Translations under genes and position numbers: made by a program
Assembly (NCBI GenBank): GCA_003427395.1
Contig: BFEA01000001.1
Location: 12,539,691 to 12,601,309, forward strand
DNA: 61,619 nt
Direction: 5' to 3'
Source: Chara braunii
Taxonomy: Eukaryota; Plantae; Charophyceae
Shown: positions 48,310 through 61,619 of the stretch, one piece after another
Position numbering within the stretch: the stretch's first letter is position 1
How the letters are laid out: each line of letters opens with the position of its first letter
The notes under the pieces: model-generated
What the model was told of the DNA's origin: nothing
What the model saw: only the letters and a program-made list of their open reading frames with translations
Database searches by the model: none

Positions 48310-49919
48310 GAACTGGCTGGTGTTCCACACCGACTTGCAACACAAATTTTGGTGTTCCCTTTCGCGTCACTGACTGCGAATGTTTGAGGGATTGGGAATT
48401 CTGGGAATATTGGGAGCACTCTTGTTTGCCTACACGACCCTGGGCGGAACCCTCGAAATTTCCCTACTTGACGGGGAACGAACATATTTGCGAGTGGGAC
48501 CTCGACCAGGCCTTGGGACGTAACCCCCATCTCCTAAGCTACTCTAGCCCATACACGTGTCACGTCCTCATGGAGCCCAGAATCATTATCTTAGGCACCA
48601 AATTCCCTCCCTATCACCACATCCTGCCCTACCACTCCCTAACCATCGTCCCCTGGCTAGCAATCACTCCATACTGGCCCCAACCCCCGTGCTCAGAGTG
48701 TCTGCGGGACCACAAGTACCGAGCTTCCGGCTTCATCCGGCGAACTCGTTCGGAGGAAGAATGACGGGCGCACAGTCTTCGATTGAGGCCAGCCGCGTCG
48801 GATTCGGAGAATTGCGACGTTTGACGCCGGCAGGTGACGAATCAGCGGGATACCCATGGCGTACCGATAGTGCACCAGATACGACCCAGACCCGGACGGC
48901 GGAAACAACGGAGGCGGTAGCTCCGAAGCAAAACAGAACTCCAGTCCACGCCTACCCCCCTGCACTCGTATCCCAGAGCTTGCCACATGAGATCTCAGTT
49001 CTGATCTGGGACTCCACCCCCACTTTCCGAAAATCCTTGGCAGACCCCGTTTTGCCTATGGGTGCCCTCACTGCTCACGGGACTAGTTGAGAACTTCGCG
49101 CCTAGCTCCTGAGGTACCCCATATAAGGAGGCTTGTACGCTAGTGCCTCAACTGGGGCTGAATGGGGGAGCTCATTCATCGTCAGTGCCTGCGTCCACTG
49201 TCTGGTCAGGTTGAGCCAGTAGAGAATGATGTTCCTCGCATCAGGTAAGATAGAAAAGGAGTGGGGTTGCACCAGGAGATATATCGAGAGGGGTGGTAGG
49301 ATGGGAGTCTCGTGAGTACGTAAAAAAAAAAGAATAGAAACAAAAAAGCCTTAAGCTGATTCCATTCTGTTAGTCGGCGGCCTTTTGTCTTTTACGGAAA
49401 TATCCGTGTGGGCCGGGGGGAACTTTGAGTTGTTCTGTTCTTCTTCGTCTCTTTCTGATTTTTTTTTTGTAATTCAGTCATCGTACTTGTCAAATTTTGT
49501 GATTTTCCAAGGTATCCGGTTTCATCCCGGCGGTTCAATTCCCTGCCCAAATTCCTCGGCCACGCCCCCTTTACTCTGATCGGCATTCCCACAGGTAAGA
49601 AACGCTGCGCGGGGCGTGAGGTTGTGTATCACAAGTTGATGAAACAGCTGTTCAACACAGAGGTGTGTGGACAATTGTGGGCAAGGGCACCTTACCATTC
49701 TGCGTCATTTTTTGAATTTTGCCTATTTCTGTAGTTCGTCGTAGCAATTTTCTCAGTAGCTCCAATGTTTCTTAGCCATAGACGGGTAATTGACCCGGTA
49801 TCATAAAAAATCTTCAAAACTTTCAAAATCCTATGTAAATTTCCATATGGGACACTGAGCCCGGTTCCCAGCACGTGCTGCTCCCCACGAATAGATTGGA
49901 GCCTTGTTCCTTTTGGGGG

Positions 49920-50494
49920 NNNNNNNNNNNNNNNNNNNNNNNNNNNNNNNNNNNNNNNNNNNNNNNNNNNNNNNNNNNNNNNNNNNNNNNNNNNNNNNNN
50001 NNNNNNNNNNNNNNNNNNNNNNNNNNNNNNNNNNNNNNNNNNNNNNNNNNNNNNNNNNNNNNNNNNNNNNNNNNNNNNNNNNNNNNNNNNNNNNNNNNNN
50101 NNNNNNNNNNNNNNNNNNNNNNNNNNNNNNNNNNNNNNNNNNNNNNNNNNNNNNNNNNNNNNNNNNNNNNNNNNNNNNNNNNNNNNNNNNNNNNNNNNNN
50201 NNNNNNNNNNNNNNNNNNNNNNNNNNNNNNNNNNNNNNNNNNNNNNNNNNNNNNNNNNNNNNNNNNNNNNNNNNNNNNNNNNNNNNNNNNNNNNNNNNNN
50301 NNNNNNNNNNNNNNNNNNNNNNNNNNNNNNNNNNNNNNNNNNNNNNNNNNNNNNNNNNNNNNNNNNNNNNNNNNNNNNNNNNNNNNNNNNNNNNNNNNNN
50401 NNNNNNNNNNNNNNNNNNNNNNNNNNNNNNNNNNNNNNNNNNNNNNNNNNNNNNNNNNNNNNNNNNNNNNNNNNNNNNNNNNNNNNNNNNNNNN
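49920..50494. other. assembly gap
   Basis: Run of N. Confidence 1.
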
Positions 50495-51795
50495 TTTTTT
50501 TTTGTGGTGCTCACAGGACCCACCCCTACCTACCTCATCTTTCTGCTTCCTTAGCGTAACCTCTGCTTCCTCATCTACGGGGACACTTGATACTTTCTTA
50601 GTACAGAGTCTACAGACACACCACGGAGGGCCCTTCCCCTACTGGCTGCGCAGGGCGTGTAGCAGGCCTTTTCTGTGTCGCATGGGGCAATAGCAGTTCC
50701 ATGCACCGGAGCACAATCGACCCATAACCGTTCAGAAGCCGCTTCAAAGATTTCAAGGCACCCTTCACTTCTTGATGCGGTTTAGGGCATGCCCACACAA
50801 GGACGTTTTCGCCTGAATTTGGTTGTCCTCTTGATATGTACATCCATGGAGGTCCTGATGTGTGGATGTCCTTAGTTGACCACATGTGCGAGCATTTAGA
50901 CAGTTGAGGGAGTGAGCTGTCTATCTCACCTGCTCGCTCTGCCTGCCCATGTGTCCCCCGATGCCAGCCGGGATGGCTAAAATCGCGAGTGCAAGGGAGG
51001 GAGGCGCCCTTTCACGGACTGGTGGATGGCGACAGGACACAAGCAGTATGCGACAACTTGTCAACAATTGCCACACTGGAAACTGTAATGATGGGATGCT
51101 AGTGATATTCATCATATCGACAACATGGCGTGCAAAGAATTGTCTTGCTTTCCTTTCTCTGAACTCTGGTTTACTTTACTGTCCTCTCTGTAAACGCCTG
51201 CCTGCCGCCAACCCTTCATACCTGTAACCATGACAACAAAAAGCAGGGAAAAATAGGAAAAAGAGAAAAGGGAGCTTGAAGCTGAGCCTACCTGAAAAAG
51301 AATTCCATGCTGGAAACATGAGTGCCAATGGAAGGGGCCACCTAGTCATGGCTACATTGTTGTCGGTCTCTAAAAAAACATACAAAAAAGGAATTTGTTC
51401 CCTTGTTCTCTAGTTTAGAAGAAAGGGAAGAAGACTCCTCATCTACATGGCAATATGTATGAATCCTGCATGAGATTCTCTGGCTCCCTGCAAGGCCAAG
51501 AAAGGACAAAACTGGTAGGTCCACGTCCATGCACGAGTAGAAATATAATAATAATAATAATCAATAAATGAATAATAATAATAATAGAATCAAGAACATG
51601 TGGGAAGGATTTTATCCTGTGCCACCAAGCCGAGGGGGAAAAAGCAAAGAGACGACAGAAGGGATCATCCCTGCCTGAACTTTCTGTGTTGGTCTGATGA
51701 GAACTTGCAAATGAAAATCTCTCCTTTCTGCCTTTCTATCTTTCCCCCCCCCCCAACACACCACATTGCTTAGCCACTATCCTTCTTCTTCTTCT

Positions 51796-51855
<60 letters not shown>

Positions 51856-52708
51856 CCCTGGTGGTTGTGAGTGAACCACCCGGATTGAGGCGTTGGTGAG
51901 CGGATGGCCCCAGTCTATTGGTGAGGAGCAGAACCTGCTGCTGGAAACCGGGTCCAACATTCCCATTCTTGACAGCACAACAGTTTGAGGTGAGGGCAAG
52001 CTTGTCATCCTGTTTCAGCACACTGTTCCCTGCCTACAGATCAGGGCAAGGCTCCCCTGTTTGCTCCTTTTCCCAGACCCAAACCATACTCTTTTTCTAC
52101 TTTTAACCTCAATGTTCTTGACTTTTGGCTTTAAACCCCTAGTACACGGCCCCAGCCTTGCAGAAAGTTTTTTGTCGCCACAAGCAAAACTCGGAGGCGC
52201 CTGTCTATCGCGGCCCCACAGCCTCCCTTTTCTTACTCTTAACCTCCGTGCCAATGACTTAGACTTTAGTTAGCTTCCGTATTGCCCTTCCCAAAAGTAT
52301 TTGTCCCGTACCTCCTCCCAAGCTAATCCTGGCAAACCGCTCTCACCCTCTTGCCCTCGTCCCGCCCGTCTGTCCTTGAAGTCGCCTCAAATTTCGCTCC
52401 AATCCTACCAAAGCCATCAGCTTGTCTTCAGTGGTGGAAGGATCGTGACTCCAGGTGATGTTGGAGGTAGTTGGGAAGAGATCATCATGAGGGAAGTAAA
52501 ACAAAAGGATGGGGGACTGGCTGAGAGAGTGATGAAGAAGTGGGATTTAGGCTGATATTTCCATGTGTCTCCCCCCCTCGCCTCCTCCCCCTGAAAATAG
52601 CCCCTGTGTGAGCTGTGCTGCTGCTGGGATCATAAACCACTAGTGTTGCAGGGGGAGACCCCATCTATTGCTGGGGGCCATCACCTGCTGGAAAACGGGC
52701 CAGCATCC

Positions 52709-55200
52709 TTTTTTTTTTTTTTTTCAAAGCCTTAGCTGTCTACTAGAGGGGGTGATACGAGCATCCCCCGCTAGTAGTAGCCACTGGCTGCTCCATCTAT
52801 TGGTGGGGAGCTGCACCTGCTGGAAACCGGGTCCAGCGTCCCAAAGTACATGAATGGCTCGGTTTGCTCAGAGTGCTCAGAGTGCTCAGACTGCCAGCAT
52901 TGACTGCCCCGATCCATAGAAAAGGGGGGTTAACAGAGCAGCAAAAAAGGAAACATATGGGTGTTAGCGGAAAAACTCCCCGAGGGGCTCCAGGGAGGAG
53001 TTCCATGTGTGAGCATAAAGATTATATACGCGTATGTGTATATAAACGTGTAGAAGACAGGGCTTAAAAATTTTATCATTCAGGACAGGATCTCTGCTAG
53101 GGAAAGGGCATGGGGTGGGAACGGGTCTAGAAAATCCGAGGGAGGGCGAAGTGGGAACGAGGGTTCTATGTTTGTCCAGTCCTTGAAGATTAGACGGTAG
53201 TCTCTCATCTCATCCAAATCCCGCTGTCCCTCTCCCCTGTCTCCACTCCATTCCACTTTTGCAATCCATCCTTCTCTCTCCCCTCCTAACCAGTCTGTGC
53301 AAAATGTTGTAATCCGCCTCCTAACATCTCCTCTTTGTTTAAAGAGGTCTAACTGTGCTTTTGTATCTAACCATCTTTGTGTGAGTTCAAAGTGCACCTG
53401 CTGTTCGGTGATCTTTGGTCCTTCTACTCTCACCTTCTCCATAGCTAGAGTGCATCTCTGCCACCAAAGTGCCCACATCACCGCCCTCCTTCCAAGTCTG
53501 TACATATTCTCTACAAAGGCCGTGGCTACTCTTGCCAATGGCCAATGGCCGGCCAATATGGCTTGCCAATACCAGGGCCAGGGGATTGCAGATTCCATCT
53601 TTCTCCATATGCGGTCCCACCATCTCCATATAAATTGGGCAATCGAGCATTGCATGAAGATGTGTTCGAGGGTTTCCGCCTTCTTATAGAAAGGGACAAG
53701 GCTCTGGCACCACTGACACCACGGAAGTAGCAGACCTTTTTGTTCTAAATTAGTATGGTCAGTCAGCCAGTCGTTGGTTGGCAAACATCGGTGGGCAATC
53801 TGCCACTGCAGCCTGCAGGGAGGTGATTTTCATTGGTTTAGATTTTTGTTCTTTGAACCATTTAATCGGTGTCAGGAGGGAGCGGTCCACATTTAGGTGT
53901 CTGGTCCGTCATTCGTTAACGGTGTCTCTCAACCACCTTTTACGTCTGAGCATTTTGTAGGCTGATTTGACCGACAGTTGGTGTAGGCTGATCTGACCTA
54001 CTTTGGGGCCTCCCCTCTTCTGGGGGAGTTTCCATGTCCATTCTGTTGGGTCCATGGCCAATTCCTTGATTGGTTTGAAAGGCTGGAACACCACCCTCTG
54101 TCCTTTCTCTTCTAAAACTCTTACTCGGTACACAGATGCTTTCTCTTTCCATTCAAAGGGAGATCTATTGCCTTGGAGGGTGCCTGCTCTAGTGATGAAG
54201 TAGTGTTCGACCAGGACAATTTGGGGTGAGACCATATGTATCTGACCTATCCTTGGTGGGGACTCCGTACTTGCTACCCAATCGCCCTCTTTTAAGGTGG
54301 GGCCTTGTTTAAGGATTCGGTACCGTGCCAGCGGGATAGCTTCAATCAAGTTATCCAAAAGCTTCTCTACTTGGTGGCAGTACCGCAGGATTCCTTGCAT
54401 CTGGTCTCCTGTTTTCCAGTCCCTTCTGTCATTGTCCCAAAGATCCCCAACCCTGAGCGCCCCTCTCTTAACCCAGCTTTTCTAGGGCAAAGATGAGCTT
54501 CTCATGACACAACCACTCAAGTTTGCCACCCATCGGTTTCCAAAGAGGGGTTATCGGTAGACTTCCTCCCAACGGTTAGGGTAGATCCTGTCTGGGAGCG
54601 GAAGTCTGCGCCAGGTTTCCAACAAAGATGGCCAGAAGTTGTCCATCGTCTGGCCGCCGCCGTTCAGCTCCCCCCTTCCTTGGGGGAGCTTGCGTGGGAT
54701 TGTCCAGAAACGGTCCTCCAGCCATGTTAGAGGGTGGATTGTTTGGGGGTCTTCTGGGGCCAGTCGGGTCAGATGTTTCAGAGCTAATAGACACCACGAA
54801 CACTGGGGGGCGAAGATGAGTTTTTTAATCCATCTTAGTCGTAGCGCTTGCACTTGCGTGGCTGGGTCAATTATTCCCAGGCCTCCCCCAGCCTTGGATA
54901 ATTGAATCCCCCGCCACGCGGCTTATTACGTTGCTCTGCTCGCCGTCCGCCCTCCATACGAAGGCTGCTGCCCTTTTCCTTAGGCTTTTCAGGGCTGCTT
55001 TGCTCAGTGGCCACAGTAACGACTTGTACCATAATGTTGCGAAGACCACATTGTTAATTACTAAAGCGCGGCCAAACACGGATTTGTGCTTGTTTTTCCA
55101 GTTCTTTAATTTTTGTTGTGCCGGGGCACTGATCCATTCGTCATTGGGCCCCACCATGTCTCAGAGAATTGCTTTCTTGCTCCTAGAATCCTTTGAGATT
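52709..55200 (-). mobile_element. 5'-truncated L1/Tx1-type LINE (ORF2 C-terminal part, 3'UTR, poly(A))
   Basis: SVFGRALVINNV..LWY, ALRLRWI, and the zf-RVT-type motif CQWC..ETLEHIFMQC. Poly(T) on + at 52709-52724. Conserved 3' motif at 52790-52843. Confidence 0.88.
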
Positions 55201-55903
55201 TCATTTGCACTGGTGTAAAGGCTTCTTCTTCGATGGCTTTTATTGGCACTTTAACTGTGTCCCATGAGCCCTTGATTCTGCCATGAGATATTCTGTTCTA
55301 TGCTGCATTGAATTTATAAGTGGGGGGTGCACTTTTGACATGACTAACTCATGTGGCTGAGCGGTACACGTATAGCACCATGATGCATGGAACTCTTAAC
55401 AGATAGATCACAAGTTCGAAGCCTGTAAATGATTCCACCAGTTTCAGGGGCTGATACAGTCTTCTGTTTTAAAGATTAAAAAATGGGAAACTGATCACAC
55501 AGAAATCCCCTCTGGTGCTACAGATGTTCGAGGAACTTGATTTATTTATTTTTCTTTGATGGGTTTGATTTATTTATTTCCCTTTGTTCATTTGCTTTTG
55601 GATCCAATGCCATGTAGACACTAGTAGCCAGGGGCGTGGTCCCACTGGCAATGAGGATCGGATAGAATGCCTGAATCTGCACGAGTTTATGGAGATGTGC
55701 AGGAAATCGAGATTGAACTGCATTTCTGCATCTCTGAATTAAACACATCCAGATTCAGGAGCTCGATCCTATCCTTTTTGCTAGTGGGACCTCGGCCCAG
55801 TTGTTTTCTTCAGACCTGGTGGGATGGTCATCGATGGTCCACTTGGGCAGCATTTGAAAAACTAAGCCCCAAATTGACCACCTGATAAGCGGTGGGACTG
55901 TTA

Positions 55904-56407
55904 AGGGCTCGCCACACAGCCTTTCGAATGAAGGCATTTTCCGAAATGTGTCAGACTTCATCGGAAAGGCTGCATGTCGAACGGAACCCCCCCCTTCGCC
56001 ACACAGACTTTCGAAACACCAAGGCCTTTCGATATGCACATTAGGGCCTCCCTCCGCTACTCTCGCCATGTGCAGACTAGAGTGTGAATCTTCCGCTTGA
56101 ACATGGAAAGATACACCACCATGATTTTTGTCTTTTGTGCATGTCCAGTGTAGTGGAGCCTGGCCCTTGTAATCGCCCCTTTTTTTTTTCTTTTTTTTCC
56201 CCCCCTAATAGACCGTTTCGAGATCATCCTCTCCACACGACCACTCATGGGCTTTCGAAGAAAAATGCTCATGACAGGCGGGAGAATGTTGCCCTTTCGA
56301 AACGACTTTCGATGCCGGCCTGTCTGACACCTTTCAAAAGTTTTTCGAAAGGATTATTTTCGAGAGCCTGTGTGGCGCACATTTCGAAAGGCTGTGTGGC
56401 GAGCCCC
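55904..56407. mobile_element. Tourist-like (PIF/Harbinger) MITE
   Basis: TIR (A/G)GGGCTCGCCACACAGCCTTTCGAA. TTA TSD at 55901-55903 and 56408-56410. Many internal TTTCGAA repeats. Confidence 0.9.
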
Positions 56408-57159
56408 TTATGCATGTTCCACTTGGCTAAATTTGAGAACGAACCCCCAGTCGGCCAACTAAAGGGGAACCCCCCTCCTTTGAAACTTCAAACTTGCAAC
56501 TGTAAAGAAGCTCCCTACAGGTTTGGCCAGGAGCGGCCAGGTGGCCCTAAAGGTAAAAATAATGGGCAGTGCGGGCAGACTTTGGACTGTCAGATGGTAA
56601 TAGTGATGCTCTGATTCTAGCATCACAGTTTTTCTTTGGGCTTGGAAGCCTCCGTGAAGGTTCAGAGGTTCCAGGGTCTGTAACAAGAATGGGCTCGACA
56701 AAATAGGGTCACCGCACTGCTGATTCAACTCAGGTCATTGGGTATACCTGCCTCCGAAGGCGAGGCCCCTCAGCTGGTTGTAGGTCTATCCCTTCAGTAG
56801 GGAGAGCATTTACAAGGCCTCTTCAACCTTGCAGTAAGGTCACCAAATCTGGGCATCGAACCCAGTCTGAATACCCTGCTTTCATTTCTGCCCTGTGGCC
56901 CTCCAGAAACCCACTCCAAGGTAGACCATGCTAGTTCTCCCACACAGTTCGCGGAGCAAGTCTGAATACCCTGCTCTCGTTTCTGCCCTGTGACCCTCCA
57001 GAGACCCACTCCAAGCTAGACCATGCTAGTTTTACCACACAGTTCGTGGGGCAAGGCAAGGGGTCTGAGAAGGACTCTGGAGGTTGTGACTAGTGAGTTT
57101 TCTGCGGTGCGCGGATTTCTGTACCCTTCGGGCAGACATTTATTTTTCAAATAGGGGTT

Positions 57160-57435
57160 GTATCATGTCAGGGGTAATCACAGACTTTTCAGGCACAAAT
57201 TCTTCTCAGGTGGTGCAAGCTCGGAAACTTGTGTTCCTGGCTACTTGGGTATCATGTCAGTTATTTGGTCACTCAGAAATCACAGACTTTTTCAGGCGCA
57301 AATTCTGCTCTCATAGGAAATGCCGAGGAGGTGGGAAGGGGTTGGTGTATGTGGCTACTGCCTGTCGAGCAGCTATCATGTCAGTTATTTGGTCACTCAG
57401 AATCGCAGACTTCTCAGACGCAAATTCTTCTCTGG
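57160..57435. repeat. three diverged units TATCATGTCAG..CAGACTT..CAAATTCT
   Basis: Units at ~57161, 57250 and 57374. 57208-57241 also matches 29553-29588. Confidence 0.75.
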
Positions 57436-57630
57436 CATTCACACCATGGATCAGGTTCTATTGAGCATCAGAGCGCTCATTTGGGTGGACTGGAGGAAGA
57501 CAATCAGAACACGGAACAGAAGGAACGCTTAAAGTGTTTTTTTGAGAACTTGGGGCGAGAAGGTTAGAATGTTGAAATCTGCGGCAAGGGCGAAACCGTG
57601 GTTGATGGGGCCAAGACCTCCTTGAAGTTT

Positions 57631-57799
57631 TATCAGAGCAGGCCCTCTTTGATCCCCTGCCCCCCCCCCTCCCCCGCCCTGTGGTTGGTGACCAGACAAC
57701 ACAGCAGATATATCATCAGAGCAGGCCCCTCTTTGATCCCCTGCCCCCCCCCCTCCCCCGCCCTCTGGTTGGTGACCAGACAACACAGCAGATATATCA
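57631..57799. repeat. ~85-bp tandem duplication
   Basis: ATCAGAGCAGGCCC..CAGCAGATATATCA occurs twice. Confidence 0.9.
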
Positions 57800-57813
57800 A
57801 GACATAATCGGAC

Positions 57814-58962
57814 GGTCCAGTTGATGTAGCAGTGGTTAGAGCACCGGTTGGAAATGCGCATTGTGGTATAAGGTTGCGGGCTCAAAACTCAATTGCAGCC
57901 TTGCGCATGGACACCGGCAGGGCGTTACAATGGCGCACGGCTGGACACACACCCCTTGGGCTGACGCACGGTAAGCTTATACAGACACTGCCTGCGCACC
58001 ACGCAAGGGGTTGTCCATGGTGTTGTATGTTGGGTCTTGATACTGCATGGGTTGCTTGTGGCTGTTGCTCGTCGTTGTTCTGTTGATCTCCCCAGTCTGG
58101 CATATCACACACAGGGGCCGTTTGCGATTGTTGCTCAAATGGTAGAGTCTTCAGGTCACATGTCATAGATCACGGGTTCAAGTCTGGCTTGGGACTTTGG
58201 GGGGGTTTCTTGTCCAGCTTGGCCCGTCATCTCTTCAAAACGAACACACAGTTCCCTCTACGTAGTACTGCACATATCTGGCCTTCGGGCACACATATCT
58301 CGCTATACAGTTCCACAGAGCACACACAGCCTTTGGGCAGACACAAAAACATTGCCCTATGGGCCCATACAAACATACATAGCCTCTGGCCACGCACATA
58401 TACACACAACTACGATACTGGGCTGGGGGGGTCTATCAGGTATATGACGGGGTCTACGCATGCATGGCTTAGCTTTAGGGTAGGGTAGGGATATAAGTTG
58501 CTCCGGCTAGTCTGAGTTCCGCCTAGCCTTGGGTAAGCTAGGGGAAGGACGGTAGGATGTGTCCGCGGCGCTGGCCTGCCTTGCTTAGGTAATCCTGCTG
58601 GGTAGACTCTCTGAATTGGGCCTGTAGAAGATTGCATGAGCCTGGTGTCCGAAGTTCCCGTACGGCAAGGTTCATCCGCTTCGGCTTCCATTAGGGCTGG
58701 GAGGTTGGCCCAGCCCTGGTGCTTGTCACTGCTGTCTGGTCCAAGTTGCCCTCGATACTGGTAGGGTGATGGTCCTGAGTGCTGGTCACACTGAGGTAGG
58801 ATAGTAGGGACAGGGGGTGCGCGGGGAGTATTAACGTGGGGATGGGTAGGGTAGGTGTCCTATCCTGTCAGGACAACCATTGGCTGCCGCTACCAGCAAT
58901 CACCGCGGGTCTGGTCCTTGGCCTCTACAACACCCTGGGCTTAAAAAAAAAAAGAAAAAAAA
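57814..58962 (+). mobile_element. long SINE-like retroposon with two tRNA-like modules
   Basis: 15-bp TSD AAGACATAATCGGAC (57799-57813, 58963-58977). Poly(A) tail 58943-58962. A/B-box-like pairs at ~57825-57890 and ~58131-58185. Confidence 0.8.
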
Positions 58963-59347
58963 AAGACATAATCGGACTCCCTGAATGAGAGAGAACTTAC
59001 ATGGACCAGGCAGATTGTGCCACAGAAAAGATCGCTAGCAGCTCTTTTGGGACTAGTTTGCCACTCTCTTTTGGCGCCTGTTTTGGTGAAGAGGTCCTAG
59101 AGTTTGCTAGGTTTAGGGGTTACCTGTTACCATGATACCTTGTTTCAATATTGCCATGTAAGGGACGCCGGATCCGGTTTCCAGCAGGTGCAGCTCCCCA
59201 CGAATAGAATGGGAAAATAGACAAAAGAAAAAAAAGGTTGCAGACGAGAAACGGTTTCATACTAGGCATGAAGACATCTGCAGTATATGCATGAGGTAGG
59301 CCACAGGGCTGTGTAGGTCATAATGGTATGTACTTGGATAAGATAAG

Positions 59348-59349
<2 letters not shown>

Positions 59350-59401
<52 letters not shown>

Positions 59402-59409
59402 CACACACA

Positions 59410-59491
<82 letters not shown>

Positions 59492-59492
59492 N

Positions 59493-59566
<74 letters not shown>
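59350..59566. repeat. compound (GA)n-(CA)n-(GA)n microsatellite
   Basis: Directly visible. Confidence 0.97.
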
Positions 59567-59568
<2 letters not shown>

Positions 59569-59692
59569 TTGTTGCTGAATGGAGGAAAAAGGACCTACGG
59601 ATCAGTCAGACGAATGATTTTTGGCCTTCCGCACTAGCCTGAATAGCTTCAAACATATTCGGCAAAAACCAAAAAAAGAGGGGTTGTATACT

Positions 59693-61619
59693 TTTTTTTT
59701 TTGTTGAAAAAACACCCCCTGCAGTGCTAGCGGCGCTGGTACAGACAGACACCGCTAGCTACCGGGGAGAGGTTCCATCTATTGGTGGGGAGCATCACCT
59801 GCTGGAAAACGGGTCCAGCGTCCCTTATCCACAATGAATACAAGAAATCTGAGAAAGAACCTGCCAGGATTGATTGCTCTGTCCTCCAGAGGATTAACTG
59901 TGCAGGTTGTTTGGGAGGGAAGGAGGGTACCTCTTCACCCTGAACCAGGCGCCAGATATCTATTACTAAAAAGCTGGTTCCTCCTTCCCCCTTTTCGTTC
60001 ATTCTGTTTTTTATGACCCCCGTCCTCAATCTCTCCCATACCATTCCAGACCTACCAAGCAGTTGGAAGGGGGGGGGAAGGGGTCGGGGAAATCTTCACT
60101 GGGTCTCATGGGAATTTCTGTATCGATCTTGGTCCATTATTGAAAAAGGATCCCTCACTAGGTCCCTCCTCCCTTGTCCTTCCCCTGGATCGTTTTGTCC
60201 ACCCTTCCATTCCACTTCCCCTATCCTCCCCCCATTTTTTCCTACAAGCCAGCTCAGGCTGAATTCCTTGATTTTTTGTTGGACATCCTTCGGTGAGTGT
60301 AATAGCTGGTTCTGCATCCTCACTTTATTCCATTGTTCTCTTATTTCAGTTTGGATCTGTTGCTGTATGCTTTCCGTAAAATCTGGGCCATCCAGTCTTG
60401 CTGCTTTCCATTTCATATGTGCAGCGCCGTCGCCAGAGGGCCCAGAGCACCGCCCTGCGGCCTAGTTTGAACATATTACTGGTGAAATCGTCTAGCTGGT
60501 CCATAGGGTAGGCTTCACATAACAAGGCTTTCCAATCCCACGGCCACCGGATCTGGGTTTCTCGTTGATCCCATATTCTATCCCACCATCTCCACAGCCA
60601 CACCGCTCCCGAGCATTGAAGAAACATATGTTCTATTTTTTCCAGCACTTTTCTGGAAGGGAAGGCGTCGGTGCAAAGTCTACACCAGGGGAGGGCTTGT
60701 CCTTTCTATTCTAGGTTCGTTCTATCTATCAGCCAATCTTTGGTCGGAAGGCAGCGGTGCTCGATCTGCCATTGTAGCGAGGCACATTTTGCTGGTTTTT
60801 CCTTGATCGTTCTGAACCACCTTATGTCTCTCAGCTTATTCTTGTCAATATTTAAGCGGTTCATCCAACGTGCCTCCGCCCGATCCCGAAGGTTTATTCT
60901 TGGCCTAAGGAGCCTGTAGGTTGATTTTACTGTGAGGCCGTATAATGATCTGGTGACTTTCCTGCCCTTCCCTGCCGATGTTGTCCATGTCCATTCTATG
61001 GGGTCCAGGGCGAGTAGATGGATCGGAGTTTGGGGACAGTAGGCGATCCGTTGCTCTTTTTCATGAAGTACTCTGATTCTGAGTAGGTCTTCTTTTTGAC
61101 ACAAAATTGTTTCTTCCGGAGAAGCTCTTTGGAGGATGCTGTTCCAGCCTATTTGAAAGAGGTCTATTCTTATCGATCCATCAGGTTCGCAGTGCACTAT
61201 GTTGCCCACCTGATTTGGTCGGTCCCTCAATGCCACACAATTTGATTTTTGAAGGGCAGGGCCTTTTCTTAGGACTCTCCACCAGGCCAGAGGGATCTTT
61301 TCGATTATGGCTTCCAAGGTCTCCCCCGGTCGATGACAGTAGCGTAGTCTCTCTCTTAGCTTGTCCAGGTCGATCCAGTTTCTTTGTTCCTTGTCCCATA
61401 TATCATATACCATGGTCACACCCCGCCTAACCCAGCCAAGCCATGGGGAGTCCATGCAATGGAGAGTTTGCCCTTTTGAGTCTATTATCCATCTATTCCC
61501 AAAAAGCGGTTGTCGTGCCACCTCTTCCCATCTCTCTGGTGGAGTTCTATCTGGTAGGGGCAGGCTTCTCCATGTTTTCAGCCAGGAGGTCCGACCAGAA
61601 CGAGTCGTTATTGTGCCGG
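59693..61619 (-). mobile_element. L1/Tx1-type LINE 3' part, runs off the window
   Basis: ORFs 60706-61521, 60346-60648 and 60096-60416 are homologous to 53080-54853 (QPLFGNRW, CLPT.DWL, EHMFLQC, LGRRAVLWALW). Poly(T) 59693-59702. 3' motif 59771-59824. Confidence 0.9.

Noticed and set aside
59771-59824. HDV-like or twister ribozyme identity for the shared 3' motif
   Set aside because: I could not fit either topology by eye on either strand. Its position before poly(A) fits a LINE tail better.

Overview
A repeat-saturated eukaryotic window with no intact host protein gene that I can support. The U6 is plant-type, and the transposon repertoire resembles a streptophyte alga such as Chara; that organism call is recall-based inference. 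There are two assembly gaps (7272-7961, 49920-50494). Contents: an A-tailed U6 snRNA retrocopy; three decayed L1/Tx1-type LINEs; several tRNA-headed SINEs with target-site duplications (TSDs); two PIF/Harbinger (Tourist-like) MITEs; a decayed Ty3/Gypsy PR-RT-RH-IN region with extra 3' ORFs and several LTR-type blocks; and a near-complete Penelope-like element (PLE) with a zinc-knuckle/coiled-coil ORF1, an N-terminal GIY-YIG + RT ORF2, and pseudo-LTRs carrying tandem hammerhead ribozymes. The most interesting signals are non-coding RNA structures. (1) An array of 8 hairpins at 9701-10390 has a nearly fixed 20-nt core and fully co-varying stems, followed by a second 6-unit array. (2) A microsatellite-associated type III hammerhead family has two copies (1753-1798, 18391-18441). 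(3) A loop-loop complementary module flanking a splice donor is conserved in two diverged LTR-type blocks. (4) A co-varying ~55-nt 3'-tail motif is shared by 8 retroposon ends. (5) Two short LSU rRNA fragments are embedded in repeats. All alignments and folds were done by eye, and boundaries without TSD/TIR support are approximate.
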